Shown: positions 1-10,180 of the stretch, in pieces
Position numbering within the stretch: position 1 is the stretch's first letter
How the letters are laid out: each line of letters begins with the position of its first letter
NCBI GenBank assembly: GCA_963668645.2
Contig: CAXXWC010000001.1
Coordinates: 32,001 to 96,000 of the forward strand
DNA: 64,000 bases
Reading direction: 5' to 3'
DNA from: Desulfobacterales bacterium
Lineage (GTDB): Bacteria; Desulfobacterota; Desulfobacteria; Desulfobacterales; UBA2174
Notes under the pieces: model-generated
The model's database searches: none
What the model saw: the letters and a program-made list of their open reading frames with translations, nothing else
What the model was told of the DNA's origin: nothing
Made by a program: the position numbers and the translations under genes

Positions 1-1602
1 GTATCGCTGCTGCGCAAGGTCTTCCGGAGCGGTGCCGTGCCCCTTGAGACGCGGCGCGTAGACCCAGTAACCCCGCGATGCCAGGGCGTCGACCAGGCCG
101 GCTACTTCCATCGGGGCGGCCATGTACCCGTGAAGCACCAGCACCCCCACCATGCGCCGCGGGCCGCGACTCAGCAGGGGGCACCCGACCCCCTCGGCGC
201 TGCGATCGGCGATATGGGCGAAACGCTGCCAGTCTTTCAAGTAGCCGATCCGTCCGTCCCGCTCCAGAAGGCGTCCGGTTTCAAAACGCAGGCGCGCGCG
301 GGTCATGCGGGCGATGTGGCCCAAATCGGCTATCAATTCTTCCAACGGCTCGATCTCGTTGAAAATCACAGCTACCGGTGCATCGACGCGGACCCGATGA
401 AACGGCGGCTGGCCGTTTTTCTGGGCCGTTTTGATCAGCAGGCCGTCCTCCCCGCGGCGCACCACCCCGCTGGCCTCGGCGATCTCGATGAAATCGGCTC
501 CTTTCCCGAACCGGTCGTCGGTCATCAGGTGGGCCTGATTTTCCGTCAAGCTGGGGTGGCGGTGGATGCCCATCTTCTCGAAGTCCAGGGCGGTGGCCAG
601 AAAGACCCGGCGCCGCAGTTCTTCGAGACCGACGGCGCCCTCCGGGTGCAGCCCGAGGATGGCGGCGAACAGATGGTCGTGGTTGACCGTGGTCATCCGG
701 TAGATGGCGGCCATGTAGCGGTGCATGATCCTGTGGGCCGTTTTGGCCAGCATGGGCCGCGACGCGATGGGTTCGTCGAAATCGATGGGCCGCCGGGCCG
801 TGATATCGGCTTTCACTATCCGGCTCTTGAGGTAGATCGCCGGGTCGATCGGCTGGCCGAAGCGGATGTCCATATCCACCCCGGAAAGGAGCATCGTGCC
901 CTCGGTCATGATCTCCTCGACGAGCCGCTCGGAGATGTCGTCGACCAGGAGCCGGGCCAGCTGGCTGAGCGCATTTTCACGCGCCCGCATCGGGTAGTAG
1001 GTCACGTTGACCGGAACGATCCGGGTTGCTGTGGACGACACCGCCGCGGGTGACGCCAATTGATAAAGATCGGCCAGGCGCCGGGCTTCCCCGGGCATGG
1101 TGCACGCCATCATCTTGATGCGCTGGCGGTAGAATTCGGTTCGCAAGGCCAGGGTGGCCGCACCGGTGTGCGGCCGCTGGCGTCCGTTTTCATCCACCAG
1201 TTCGAAGCGTCCCCGGGGCTGGTCCGGAGTGAAGATCTTCTTGTTCTTGACCATGTGCCCTTCGGGAAAGACGATCCATGAAGCCTCGCCGGCGAGCAGG
1301 GAACGGACGATGAGCCGGTCCCGATCCGGACGTTCGGTGGACACGGCCCCGTTGGCTTCCAGGAAGGTGGCCAGGGCTCCCCTGAAAAGTCCGCCATCGG
1401 CCAGGGACCATACCGGTTTTCCGGTCAACTGGAAGATGTGGTAGGGCAGCAGCAGGGTCTCGATGCGGGTGAAATGATTGACGACAAAGATGATCCCGCC
1501 CTCCGGGAGGCCATCCGCGTCGTGGAGGCGTACCCGGGCCCGGGAAAGGCCGGCAATCGCCTTGATGGCCAGGCCTGTGGTCAGATAGGCGGATCGGTTC
1601 AT
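1..1602 (-). CDS. PlsC-like glycerol acyltransferase domain protein (runs off the window start)
   Basis: Manual translation of the minus strand from ATG at 1602 gives MNRSAYLTTGLAIKAIAGLSRARVRLHDADGLPEGGIIFVVNHFTRIE...WIVFPEGHMVKNKK. NHxxxx(D/E) and FPEG are acyltransferase motifs. Not in the ORF track because the stop lies outside the window. Confidence 0.75.
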   Translation of the reverse strand, partial: MNRSAYLTTGLAIKAIAGLSRARVRLHDADGLPEGGIIFVVNHFTRIETLLLPYHIFQLTGKPVWSLADGGLFRGALATFLEANGAVSTERPDRDRLIVRSLLAGEASWIVFPEGHMVKNKKIFTPDQPRGRFELVDENGRQRPHTGAATLALRTEFYRQRIKMMACTMPGEARRLADLYQLASPAAVSSTATRIVPVNVTYYPMRARENALSQLARLLVDDISERLVEEIMTEGTMLLSGVDMDIRFGQPIDPAIYLKSRIVKADITARRPIDFDEPIASRPMLAKTAHRIMHRYMAAIYRMTTVNHDHLFAAILGLHPEGAVGLEELRRRVFLATALDFEKMGIHRHPSLTENQAHLMTDDRFGKGADFIEIAEASGVVRRGEDGLLIKTAQKNGQPPFHRVRVDAPVAVIFNEIEPLEELIADLGHIARMTRARLRFETGRLLERDGRIGYLKDWQRFAHIADRSAEGVGCPLLSRGPRRMVGVLVLHGYMAAPMEVAGLVDALASRGYWVYAPRLKGHGTAPEDLAQQRY

Positions 1603-1691
1603 GTTTTTGCGGCCTGCACGTGTTGGCGTCTTATCGAATCTGAGCTTGAAGGCTGACGACTTAAGACCTACGGTGATCTTCGCAGTAGTGG

Positions 1692-1720
1692 TTGACAGGC
1701 GCCCAGGTTGGGGGTAATTT
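1692..1720 (+). promoter_or_regulatory. sigma70-type promoter upstream of the NIL-ferredoxin/mnmA genes
   Basis: TTGACA-17 bp-TAATTT. Confidence 0.55.
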
Positions 1721-1780
1721 ACAATTTTTTTTAAAAAAATAAAGGTTTTTTAAAAAAACTGCCCTGTTGCGGAGGTTGCA

Positions 1781-2206
1781 GTGTACTCCAAAATCCTGAT
1801 TCTGAGATTTTCCGAGACGTCGGCCAAAAAACCGATTGTCTGCTTTTTGGCCCGTGATTACGACCTGACCTTCAATATCCTCAACGCCACGATCCTGCCG
1901 CGCCAGGAGGGCATTCTGGTTCTGGAGCTGAGCGGATCACGCAAGAACTTCAAGGAAGGGGTCCAGTATCTCAAAACCCAGGGCGTGCATGTGCAGTACG
2001 CCAGCCAGGAGATGACCCGCGATACGGCCCGTTGCACCCACTGCGGGGCCTGCACGGCGGTCTGCCCCACCGAAGCCCTGTCCATCAAACGCCCGGAGAT
2101 GAAGGTCCAATTCGACGAAAAACGCTGCAGTGTGTGCGAGCTGTGCATCCCGGCCTGCCCGACCCGGGCCATGGAGACACGGCCGGTACAGCAGAAGTTC
2201 ATCTGA
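1781..2206 (+). CDS. NIL domain / 2x[4Fe-4S] ferredoxin protein
   Basis: N-terminal NIL-like domain; two CxxCxxCxxxCP motifs; GGAGG RBS before the GTG start. Confidence 0.9.
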   Translation: MYSKILILRFSETSAKKPIVCFLARDYDLTFNILNATILPRQEGILVLELSGSRKNFKEGVQYLKTQGVHVQYASQEMTRDTARCTHCGACTAVCPTEALSIKRPEMKVQFDEKRCSVCELCIPACPTRAMETRPVQQKFI

Positions 2207-2224
2207 GCGGTTCCCGTATCCCCC

Positions 2225-3289
2225 ATGCCTTGCGGCAAAACGCCCCTTACCGCCGTAGCACTCAGCGGCGGCGTCGACTCAACGATGACCGCCATGCGGC
2301 TCCAGGCCGTCGGCACGCACTTGGTGGCGGTCCATTTTCTCACCGGCTATGAATCGGAAAAGGGGCCCGATAGCCCCTTGGTCCGCACGCGCCGGGTTTG
2401 CGCTCGCCTGGGCATCGCACTGGAGGTGATCGACTGCCGTGATGCCTTCCGGCGTGCAGTGGTCGAGCCGTTCGCCGCTGCCTACCGTCGCGGATTGACC
2501 CCCAACCCTTGCGCGCTTTGCAATCCGCTGATCAAGTTCGGCGAAGTGTTGCAGTACTGCCTGGGTCTGGGGGCCGAGCGCCTGGCCACCGGCCATTACG
2601 CCCGCCGCATCCGCGACTGCCAAGGCCGGGTGCACCTGATGCGCGGAATGGACCGGGTCAAGGAGCAGTCCTACTTTTTGGCCCGGCTTACCCCGTACCA
2701 GCTCGAACGGTCCGTATTTCCGCTGGGTGATCTGACCAAGGAGCGGGTGGTCCGGATGGCATTGGAAGCAGGCTTGCAGCCGGGAGTTTCTGAAAGCCAG
2801 GACGTCTGTTTCGTGCGCCAGGAGGGGTATGCCGGCTTTCTGAGCGCAGCCGGGCTGATCGCGCCCAGGCCCGGCCCCATCGTGGATGTGCACGGCCGCC
2901 TTTTGGGCCGGCATGAAGGGCTGCACCGTTTCACCGTGGGCCAGCGCCGCGGCATCAACTGCCCCGGCCCCCAGCCTTATTACGTGGTACGGCTGGAACC
3001 GGATGCCCACCGGCTGGTGGTGGGTTTCAAATCCGATCTTTTTGCCGGCGGCTGCCGCGTAACGGATCTTAGCTGGATTCAACCGCCGGACGCGGACCGG
3101 TTCCCGGTTCAGGTGCGGCTGCGCTACCGCAGCGCGGCCTGCGCGGCCCGCATAAGGGTCGACGATGAGGGGGCCGATATCCTTTTTGAGCAGCCCCAGC
3201 TGGCCGTCACTCCGGGGCAAAGCGCCGTTTTTTACCGTGACGACGAGGTCCTGGGAGCCGGCTGGATCGAGGCGGCACTGCCTGCTTGA
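2225..3289 (+). CDS. mnmA: tRNA 2-thiouridine(34) synthase MnmA
   Basis: SGGVDS PP-loop, TPNPCALCN, ATGHYA, EQSYFL, TVGQRRG and PGQ motifs. Confidence 0.95.
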   Translation: MPCGKTPLTAVALSGGVDSTMTAMRLQAVGTHLVAVHFLTGYESEKGPDSPLVRTRRVCARLGIALEVIDCRDAFRRAVVEPFAAAYRRGLTPNPCALCNPLIKFGEVLQYCLGLGAERLATGHYARRIRDCQGRVHLMRGMDRVKEQSYFLARLTPYQLERSVFPLGDLTKERVVRMALEAGLQPGVSESQDVCFVRQEGYAGFLSAAGLIAPRPGPIVDVHGRLLGRHEGLHRFTVGQRRGINCPGPQPYYVVRLEPDAHRLVVGFKSDLFAGGCRVTDLSWIQPPDADRFPVQVRLRYRSAACAARIRVDDEGADILFEQPQLAVTPGQSAVFYRDDEVLGAGWIEAALPA

Positions 3290-3381
3290 GGCGTCAAGCC
3301 TGGCCGGATAAATCGATATTACGGTTTCAATAGTTTTTATTTTCTTTTTGATTATATATAGATAAAGATCAGACTAACTCC

Positions 3382-4698
3382 ATGCCAACTTTTGCCATCA
3401 TCACCCTGGGCTGCAAGGTCAACCAATACGAATCCGAATCTTTGGCCTGCGCCCTGAAAGAAGCCGGCTGGACCGCGGCGGTCGATTCCCCTGCCGATCT
3501 GGTGATCGTCAACACCTGCACCGTAACGGCCAGCGCCGGACGCCAAAGCCTTCAAGCGGTACGCCAAGCCGTGCGCCGCCACCCCGGGGCCAGGGTGGTG
3601 GCCACCGGCTGCGACGCCCAGATCGAACCCGAGCGCCTGGCGGCCGTCGACGGCATCTCGCTGGTGGTGGGCCAGGCCGACAAGGCGCGCATCCCGGAGC
3701 TGGTTTCGGCAATGGACCGCAAAGACAGCCTGTCGCCGGTTACCCTCGTTTCGGCCCTGGATTGCAAAGGCACTCATTTACCCCCCCCGGGACATATGGT
3801 TGCCGGGAGCCGTACCCGCCCGTCTTTGAAAATCCAGGACGGTTGCGATGCCTTTTGCACCTATTGCATCGTTCCTTATACCCGCGGGCCGTGCCGCAGT
3901 CTTCCCGCCGATCAGGTGCTGGCGCAGATTGGCGAACTGCACCGGGCCGGCTATCACGAGGTGGTGCTGACCGGGATTCACCTGGGCCGCTACGGTCGCG
4001 ATCTTGCCCTGCGCCGATCCCTTTCCGGCCTGCTTGCCGCCATCGAAGAAACCAGGGCCATCTCCCGGGTGCGCCTGAGCAGCATCGAGCCGCTGGAATT
4101 CGATCCGGCCCTGATCGGCGTTCTGACCGCATCAGAGCGGGTCTGCCACCATTTTCACATCCCCTTGCAAAGCGGCGACGACCGGATTTTGAAACGCATG
4201 GCCAGGCCGTACAACAGCGCCCGGGTGCGCCAATTGGTCTCCGAGTTGACCCGGGCCATGCCCCGGGCCGCCATCGGCATGGATGTTCTGGTGGGCTTTC
4301 CCGGTGAATCCCAGGCCGCCTTCGAAAACACCTATCGCCTGGTGGCCGGCCTTCCTTTGGCCTACCTGCACGTCTTTCCCTTTTCGCCCCGCAGCGGGAC
4401 CCCTGCGGCGACTATGCCCGATCAGGTCCCCGCAGCGGTGGTCAAACAGCGCTGTGCCGCGCTGCGCCGCCTGGGCCGGGAAAAAAGGCAGGCCTTTTAC
4501 CGGCGCTTTGTCGGCCAGTGTTTCACCGCTCCGGTGGAAGGCCGCCGCGATCCGCCCAGCGGGCAGCTCAAGGCCGTCACCGACAACTACCTGCCGGTGC
4601 TCTTTTCAGGCCCGGACCGGCTGATGAACTCGGTGGTGCGCCTGCAGATTGAACGGCTGACCAGCGACGGGCGGATCGAAGGGCGCTGCATCGATTGA
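3382..4698 (+). CDS. mtaB: tRNA ms2t6A37 methylthiotransferase MtaB (radical SAM)
   Basis: TLGCKVNQYES, NTCTVT, KIQDGCDAFCTYC, LTGIHLG and HVFPFSPR motifs. Confidence 0.93.
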   Translation: MPTFAIITLGCKVNQYESESLACALKEAGWTAAVDSPADLVIVNTCTVTASAGRQSLQAVRQAVRRHPGARVVATGCDAQIEPERLAAVDGISLVVGQADKARIPELVSAMDRKDSLSPVTLVSALDCKGTHLPPPGHMVAGSRTRPSLKIQDGCDAFCTYCIVPYTRGPCRSLPADQVLAQIGELHRAGYHEVVLTGIHLGRYGRDLALRRSLSGLLAAIEETRAISRVRLSSIEPLEFDPALIGVLTASERVCHHFHIPLQSGDDRILKRMARPYNSARVRQLVSELTRAMPRAAIGMDVLVGFPGESQAAFENTYRLVAGLPLAYLHVFPFSPRSGTPAATMPDQVPAAVVKQRCAALRRLGREKRQAFYRRFVGQCFTAPVEGRRDPPSGQLKAVTDNYLPVLFSGPDRLMNSVVRLQIERLTSDGRIEGRCID

Positions 4699-4723
4699 CA
4701 CCGCCCGGGCGGCGCCCTATAGT
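4695..4723 (+). promoter_or_regulatory. sigma70-type promoter for the amino-acid ABC operon, overlapping the mtaB stop codon
   Basis: TTGACA-17 bp-TATAGT, near consensus. Confidence 0.7.
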
Positions 4724-4830
4724 AATTAATTCGATCCGGTGATGTAAGCTGCTGGAAACGCTGGCTGAATTTATCGATCAGGCCCTCTGCCGAAAATAAT
4801 CATGCACTCAAAGAAACGGGTAAAGGATTC

Positions 4831-5643
4831 ATGGCCGACCGATCCCATTTCCTGATCCGCCGGGCCCCCCAGGACGGCGCCGCCTGGTTCGATATCGGGA
4901 TCTATCTGGTGTTGATGGCCTGCCTGGCCTGGCTCCTGGTTCGCGGCAGCCAGAACCTGGGCTACCATTGGCACTGGTACCGGGTTCCGGCCTATTTGGT
5001 GGAGACTGAAGGCTCCGGACTGCATCTTGGCCCCTTGCTCAAAGGCTTGATCGTGACCTTGAAGATTTCGGCCCTGAGCCTGGTACTGGCCTTTGCCCTG
5101 GGTTTGATCACCGCCCTTTTGCGCCTTTCATCTTCGTTTCTCGGCCAACTGCTCTCCCGCGCCTATCTCGAGACGGTACGCAACACCCCGCTTCTGGTGC
5201 AGCTTTTTTTCATCTACTTCGTGGCCGCCCCGATCCTGGGAATCGAAGCCTTTACTTCGGCCGTACTCGCCTTGAGCCTCTTCGAGGGGGCCTATGCATC
5301 GGAAATCTTCCGCTCGGGCATCGTTTCCATTTCCGGCGGCCAGTGGGATGCGGCGCGCAGCCTCGGGCTTTCTACCTGGCATATCTACCGCCACGTGATC
5401 CTGCCCCAGGCCCTGCGCCGCATCCTGCCGCCGCTCACCGGTCAGGGGATTTCCCTGATCAAGGACTCGGCCCTGGTGAGCACCATCGCCATCTACGACC
5501 TGACCATGCAAGGCCGCGCCATCATCAGCGAGACCTACCTGGTCTTTGAGATCTGGTTCACGGTGGCCGCCATTTATCTGGCCTTGACCTTCAGCCTCTC
5601 GCTGGTGGTGCGGCGGTTGGAAACCCGGATACGCATCGGCTGA
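4831..5643 (+). CDS. Polar amino-acid ABC transporter permease
   Basis: RNTPLLVQ, AYASEIFRSG, GQWDAARSLG (EAA loop) and IKDSAL motifs. Confidence 0.92.
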   Translation: MADRSHFLIRRAPQDGAAWFDIGIYLVLMACLAWLLVRGSQNLGYHWHWYRVPAYLVETEGSGLHLGPLLKGLIVTLKISALSLVLAFALGLITALLRLSSSFLGQLLSRAYLETVRNTPLLVQLFFIYFVAAPILGIEAFTSAVLALSLFEGAYASEIFRSGIVSISGGQWDAARSLGLSTWHIYRHVILPQALRRILPPLTGQGISLIKDSALVSTIAIYDLTMQGRAIISETYLVFEIWFTVAAIYLALTFSLSLVVRRLETRIRIG

Positions 5644-5719
5644 AGACCGCCATTGACCGGCCCCAGGATGCCGCAAGATGTTTAATAACGCTAATCATCA
5701 TGAACCCAAGGAGGTGGAC

Positions 5720-6550
5720 ATGAGTATGAAACGCAGGTCGATCGTTGTGATGGGATTAGTCCTGGCCCTTTGCATGGCCGCCGGTGCAAGCGCCGGCCAA
5801 TTGCAGCAAAAACTGACCGACGAAAGCACCCTGGAAGCCATCATGGCCCGAGGCACCCTCAAAGTCGGCATGGACACCTTCGTTCCCTGGGCCATGAAGG
5901 ACAAAAACGGACGTCTGATCGGCTTTGAGATCGATGTGGCCACCCGCCTGGCCGAGGACATGGGCGTCAAGGTCCAGTTCGTGCCGACCCAGTGGGACGG
6001 CATCGTCTCGGCTCTGCAGACCGGCAAATTCGACGTGATCATCGGCGGCATGGGGATCGTGCCCAAGCGCAACCTCAAGGTGAATTTCACCGAACCTTAC
6101 GACTACACCGGCATGAGCCTGGTGGCCCACCGGGAATTGGCCAAAGGATTCACCTCCCTGGACGATTTCAACCGCCCGGAAGTGACCCTGGCGGTCAAGA
6201 TCGGCGCCACCCCGGTCATGGCGGCTCAAAAATACATGCCCAAAGCCCGGCTCAAGCAGTTCAACTCAGAGGCCCAGGTCTATCAGGAGCTGCTCAACGG
6301 CCGGGTCCACGCCGTGGTGGCGTCGTCACCCACCCCGGCCTTTTACGCCCTGCGCTACCCGGACAAGCTCTTTTTGCCGCTTGAGGGCACCTTCACCCGC
6401 GAGCCGATCGGTTTCGCCCTGCGCAAGGGGGATGTGGATACGCTGAACTTTTTCAACAACTGGATCCGCGTGGTGGCGGCCGAGGGCTGGCTCCAGGAGC
6501 GCAAGCACTACTGGTTCGAGACCCAGGAATGGGCGGGCCTGGTCAAGTAA
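5720..6550 (+). CDS. Polar amino-acid ABC transporter substrate-binding protein (SBP family 3)
   Basis: Signal peptide, GFEIDVA, GKFDVIIGGM, FTEPY; GGAGG RBS before ATG 5720. Confidence 0.92.
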   Translation: MSMKRRSIVVMGLVLALCMAAGASAGQLQQKLTDESTLEAIMARGTLKVGMDTFVPWAMKDKNGRLIGFEIDVATRLAEDMGVKVQFVPTQWDGIVSALQTGKFDVIIGGMGIVPKRNLKVNFTEPYDYTGMSLVAHRELAKGFTSLDDFNRPEVTLAVKIGATPVMAAQKYMPKARLKQFNSEAQVYQELLNGRVHAVVASSPTPAFYALRYPDKLFLPLEGTFTREPIGFALRKGDVDTLNFFNNWIRVVAAEGWLQERKHYWFETQEWAGLVK

Positions 6551-6654
6551 GGAGGGCGGATGCCGTGGCCCGATCCGGCCGCCGGCCGCAATAAACGTAC
6601 CCAGGCGCAAGCCGCCAGCCGCAACGGCTTGCGCCTTTCGACAGCGAGTTATCC

Positions 6655-7533
6655 TTGACGTTTTCCAGATCCCGCATCACCGTCCTGGACCTGATCATCG
6701 GCGCAGCGCTGCTCCTTGCCGCCGGGTATGTGGGGTACCGGGTGCGGATCCAGCTCAACTACCACTGGGAATGGTCCGCCTTGCCCCAGTTCATCGTGCG
6801 CTTTGACGAGGTCACGGGCCGATGGGTGCCCAACTACCTGCTCAAGGGGCTTTTGACCACCATCCGGCTCAGCCTCTGGGCCACGATTCTGGCGCTGATC
6901 GTGGGCACCCTGGCCGGCCTGGCCCAGGTGAGCCGGAAGCTGCTCTACCGCCTCTTGGGGCGTACCTACGTCGAACTGGTGCGCAATTTGCCGCCCCTGG
7001 TGCTGATCTTCATCTTCTATTTCTTTCTCAGCGACCAGATCATGCCCCACCTGGGCATGGACCGGCTGGCGGACTGCTGTCCGGCGGCGGCCCGGGGGCT
7101 GATCGCCATGCTGCTGGCGCCGCCCGAACAGTTGGCCAATTTCGCTTCAGCCCTGGTCACCCTGGCCCTTTTCGAGGGGGCTTACATCGCCGAAATCGTG
7201 CGCGGCGGGATCGAATCCATCGAAAAAGGCCAGTGGGAAGCCTCTGCCGCCCTGGGCTTTTCCCGGGGCCAACGCATGCGCCATGTGCTGCTGCCCCAGG
7301 CGGTACGCCGCATCCTGCCACCTCTGGCCGGCCAGTTCATTTCGACGATCAAGGATTCGGCCATCGTCTCGGTGATTTCGATCCAGGAGCTGACCTTCCA
7401 GGGCATGGACCTGATGGCCTCGACCTATCTGAATTTCGAGATCTGGATCACCGTGGCCATCTTTTACCTCTGCCTCACCCTGCCCTGCTCGCTGGGCGTG
7501 GCGCGCCTGGAGCGCGCGTTGACCCGGCACTGA
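6655..7533 (+). CDS. Polar amino-acid ABC transporter permease
   Basis: RNLPPLV, AYIAEIVRGG, GQWEASAALG and IKDSAI motifs; TTG start. Confidence 0.9.
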   Translation: MTFSRSRITVLDLIIGAALLLAAGYVGYRVRIQLNYHWEWSALPQFIVRFDEVTGRWVPNYLLKGLLTTIRLSLWATILALIVGTLAGLAQVSRKLLYRLLGRTYVELVRNLPPLVLIFIFYFFLSDQIMPHLGMDRLADCCPAAARGLIAMLLAPPEQLANFASALVTLALFEGAYIAEIVRGGIESIEKGQWEASAALGFSRGQRMRHVLLPQAVRRILPPLAGQFISTIKDSAIVSVISIQELTFQGMDLMASTYLNFEIWITVAIFYLCLTLPCSLGVARLERALTRH

Positions 7534-7576
7534 GAAGCGCCGAGCAGTTTTTTACGCACGGCACGCGGCCCGCGGT

Positions 7577-8377
7577 TTATACGCTAAAAAGGTCCATCCG
7601 GCGGTGCTGCAGGGCGGGCAGCTTGCAGCGCACGGCTTCCAGGCGTTCGAGGCCCACCTCGGCCTCCACCAGGGCTTCGGCTTCGCCCGCACCCCCCAGA
7701 AAGACCCCGAAAGGGTCGAACACCGCGCTTCGCCCGCAAAACAGCGATCCGACCAAATTGCACCCGGCCACGTAGAAGGTGTTTTCGATAGCCCTGGCCC
7801 GCAGCAGGGTCAGCCAGTGGGTTTCCTTCATCGGCCCGTGGTACCATGCCGAGGGCACCACAACGAGCTGGGCCCGCCGTTGGGCCAGGTAACGGAAAAT
7901 TTCAGGAAAGCGAAGGTCGTAGCAGATGGCCAGCCCTACGCGGATCCCGGCGATCTCCACCACCGGAGGTGGTTCGTCTCCGGGGGACATGATATCGGAC
8001 TCGCACACATTCAGCGCGTCGCAAAGATGCAGCTTGCGGTAAGCGGCCACCATGTGACCCGAAGGCGCCATGAGGCAGGCCGTGTTGTACGGTCGTTTTT
8101 CATCCGGTCCCGGGGTCCAGCAGCCGCACAGCACGAAAAGTCCGGTATCGGCGGCCAGCGCAGCCAGTGCGCTGGCAAAGCTTCCCTTGTCCTGCGCCAC
8201 AATGGCCGCCGGAGGCCGGTCTCTTTTGGGCAGGCCCATGTACATTTCCGGAAAAACGAGAAGGTTTACGCCCCGGCCGGCGGCCTGGCGGGCAACTTCC
8301 CGTGCTTTTTCCAGATTGGCACTGGTGTCGGGAGTGGTTTCGAGCTGGGCCAATGCGATCTTGAGCACCGCGGTCAT
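7577..8377 (-). CDS. Carbon-nitrogen hydrolase (nitrilase family, Nit1/YbeM-like)
   Basis: FPE, YRKLHL, ICYDLRFPE catalytic triad motifs and RARAIEN; start taken as MTAVLKIA after an AGGAG RBS. Confidence 0.9.
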   Translation of the reverse strand: MTAVLKIALAQLETTPDTSANLEKAREVARQAAGRGVNLLVFPEMYMGLPKRDRPPAAIVAQDKGSFASALAALAADTGLFVLCGCWTPGPDEKRPYNTACLMAPSGHMVAAYRKLHLCDALNVCESDIMSPGDEPPPVVEIAGIRVGLAICYDLRFPEIFRYLAQRRAQLVVVPSAWYHGPMKETHWLTLLRARAIENTFYVAGCNLVGSLFCGRSAVFDPFGVFLGGAGEAEALVEAEVGLERLEAVRCKLPALQHRRMDLFSV

Positions 8378-8400
8378 ACGGGATCTCCTCTTTGACGAGA

Positions 8401-9519
8401 TTAGCGCCGGATCGGCCCGGCCTTGCCCTGATCGGCGGCATGCCACAGCGCCGGGTGGCCCCGCTCGTACTGGCGTGGATAGACGGCGGTCTGGCCCAAT
8501 TCCCGGGCCGCCTGCCAGGCCCAGTGGGGGTTGAAGAGCATGGCCCGCCCCAGGGCCACCATGTCGGCCTGACCCGAGCGCACGATCTGTTCGGCCTGAA
8601 AAGGGTCGGCGATCAGGCCCACGGCGATGGTGGGCATACCGGATGCCTCGCGTATCATCTGGGCAAAGCGGACCTGGTAGCCGGGCCCGGCCGGAATGCG
8701 CGCCGCAAAGGCGATCCCGCCGCTGGAAACATGGATGTAATCGCAGCCGCGGTGGGCCAGGATTTTGGCCAGACGGGCCGTTTCTTCAGGTGTCCATCCA
8801 CCTTCGATCCAATCGGTGGCCGAGACCCGCACCCCCATTGGCTTGTCGTCCGGCCAGGCGGTACGCACCGCGTCGAAGACCTCCAGTGGAAAGCGGATGC
8901 GGTCCTCGAAATCCCCACCGTAGGCATCCGCCCGCCGATTGGTGAGCGGTGACAAAAACTCGTGCAGCAGGTAGCCGTGGGCCGCGTGCAATTCCAGGAG
9001 CGCAAAGCCGGCCCGTTCGGCACGCCGGGCCGAACCGATGAAGGCCTCGCGCACACGGTCCATGTCGTTGCGGTCCATGGATCGGGGCAAGGGCCAGTCC
9101 GGCTCCAATGCAAGACCGGATACCGAAAGTGGCTGCCAGCCGCCCTGTTCGAGTGGGGCTGCCGGCTCTCGGCTCAGGGGCGGCCGGGTGGAGGCCTTAC
9201 GCCCGGCGTGGCCGAGTTGGATACCCGGTGCCACATGCCCGTAGCGGTGGAAAAATTCAATGATCCGGCCCATGCCCTGCTCCTGGGCGTCGGTGTAAAG
9301 GCCGAGGCATTTATCGGTGATGCGCCCTTCGGGGCTTACCGCAGTGGCCTCGGTGATGAACAAACCCGCCCCGCAGACCGCAAACTGGCCCATATGCATC
9401 AGGTGCCAATCGTTGGGATTGCCCTCTTGGGCGCTGTACTGGCACATGGGTGCCACGACGATGCGGTTGTCCAGGGTCATTCCGCGCAGGCGGAGGGGAG
9501 AAAAGAGTATGCTGTCCAC
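8401..9519 (-). CDS. NADH:flavin oxidoreductase / Old Yellow Enzyme (YqjM-like)
   Basis: NRIVVAPMCQYSA, QLGHAGRKAS, HAAHGYLLHEFLSP and GPGYQV motifs. Confidence 0.93.
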   Translation of the reverse strand: MDSILFSPLRLRGMTLDNRIVVAPMCQYSAQEGNPNDWHLMHMGQFAVCGAGLFITEATAVSPEGRITDKCLGLYTDAQEQGMGRIIEFFHRYGHVAPGIQLGHAGRKASTRPPLSREPAAPLEQGGWQPLSVSGLALEPDWPLPRSMDRNDMDRVREAFIGSARRAERAGFALLELHAAHGYLLHEFLSPLTNRRADAYGGDFEDRIRFPLEVFDAVRTAWPDDKPMGVRVSATDWIEGGWTPEETARLAKILAHRGCDYIHVSSGGIAFAARIPAGPGYQVRFAQMIREASGMPTIAVGLIADPFQAEQIVRSGQADMVALGRAMLFNPHWAWQAARELGQTAVYPRQYERGHPALWHAADQGKAGPIRR

Positions 9520-9672
9520 GGATGGATCTCCTTTCCGGATAATCGTTGGCTCGGGGAACCCTCATACAACGATTCGATGGCTGTCGCAAACGACCGGATT
9601 CGATCTTTTGGATGCTGCATGGTGTTGTGACCGCCGCATCGAGTCCGTCCCCGGCTGCTCGGGCGTGTAAAC

Positions 9673-9715
9673 TTGACTCCTGAGCATCCTCTATCTTACA
9701 CTAACGTCAACGTTA
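9673..9715 (+). promoter_or_regulatory. Promoter with an adjacent LiuR-type operator
   Basis: TTGACT (9673)-18 bp-TACACT (9697). Palindrome TAACGTcaACGTTA at 9702-9715 resembles the LiuR ACGTnnACGT motif. Confidence 0.6.
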
Positions 9716-9738
9716 AGTTTGAAAACAGGAGCACGCTC

Positions 9739-10158
9739 TTGCCTGCTGACCGATCCCGCACCGAATACTTCAGCATCTCCGACCTGGCGGCCGAATTCGA
9801 CGTCAGCCCCCGCACGATCCGTTTTTACGAGGAAAAGGGGTTGCTGGCGCCGGCGCGGACCAAGGGCAACCAGCGGATATACAACCGGCGCGACCGGACC
9901 CGGCTGCGACTGATCCTGCGCGGCAAGCGATTCGGCTACCGCCTTGACGAAATCGCCGCTATGATCGGCCTGGACGAGATCGACATGAACGAGGCCGACC
10001 AGATCCGCCAGAGCCTGGCCTACGGGGGCCGCAAGCTGGCCGAAATCCGCGCCCGCATCGATGAACTGAGCCTGTTGGAAAAAGACCTGCAGGCCGTTGA
10101 GGTCAAACTGCGCCGGCGCCTGGAAGAGATAGAAACAGCATCCGCCGCCGGCAAATGA
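9739..10158 (+). CDS. MerR-family transcriptional regulator (LiuR-like)
   Basis: FSISDLAAEFDVSPRTIRFYEEKGLL and LILRGKRFG; TTG start after AGGAG; upstream of an acyl-CoA dehydrogenase. Confidence 0.88.
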   Translation: MPADRSRTEYFSISDLAAEFDVSPRTIRFYEEKGLLAPARTKGNQRIYNRRDRTRLRLILRGKRFGYRLDEIAAMIGLDEIDMNEADQIRQSLAYGGRKLAEIRARIDELSLLEKDLQAVEVKLRRRLEEIETASAAGK

Positions 10159-10180
10159 CCCATACATAAGGAAGGTTGCC

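Noticed and set aside
37..1053. 338-aa plus-strand ORF
   Set aside because: Antisense shadow of the minus-strand acyltransferase, which carries recognisable motifs.
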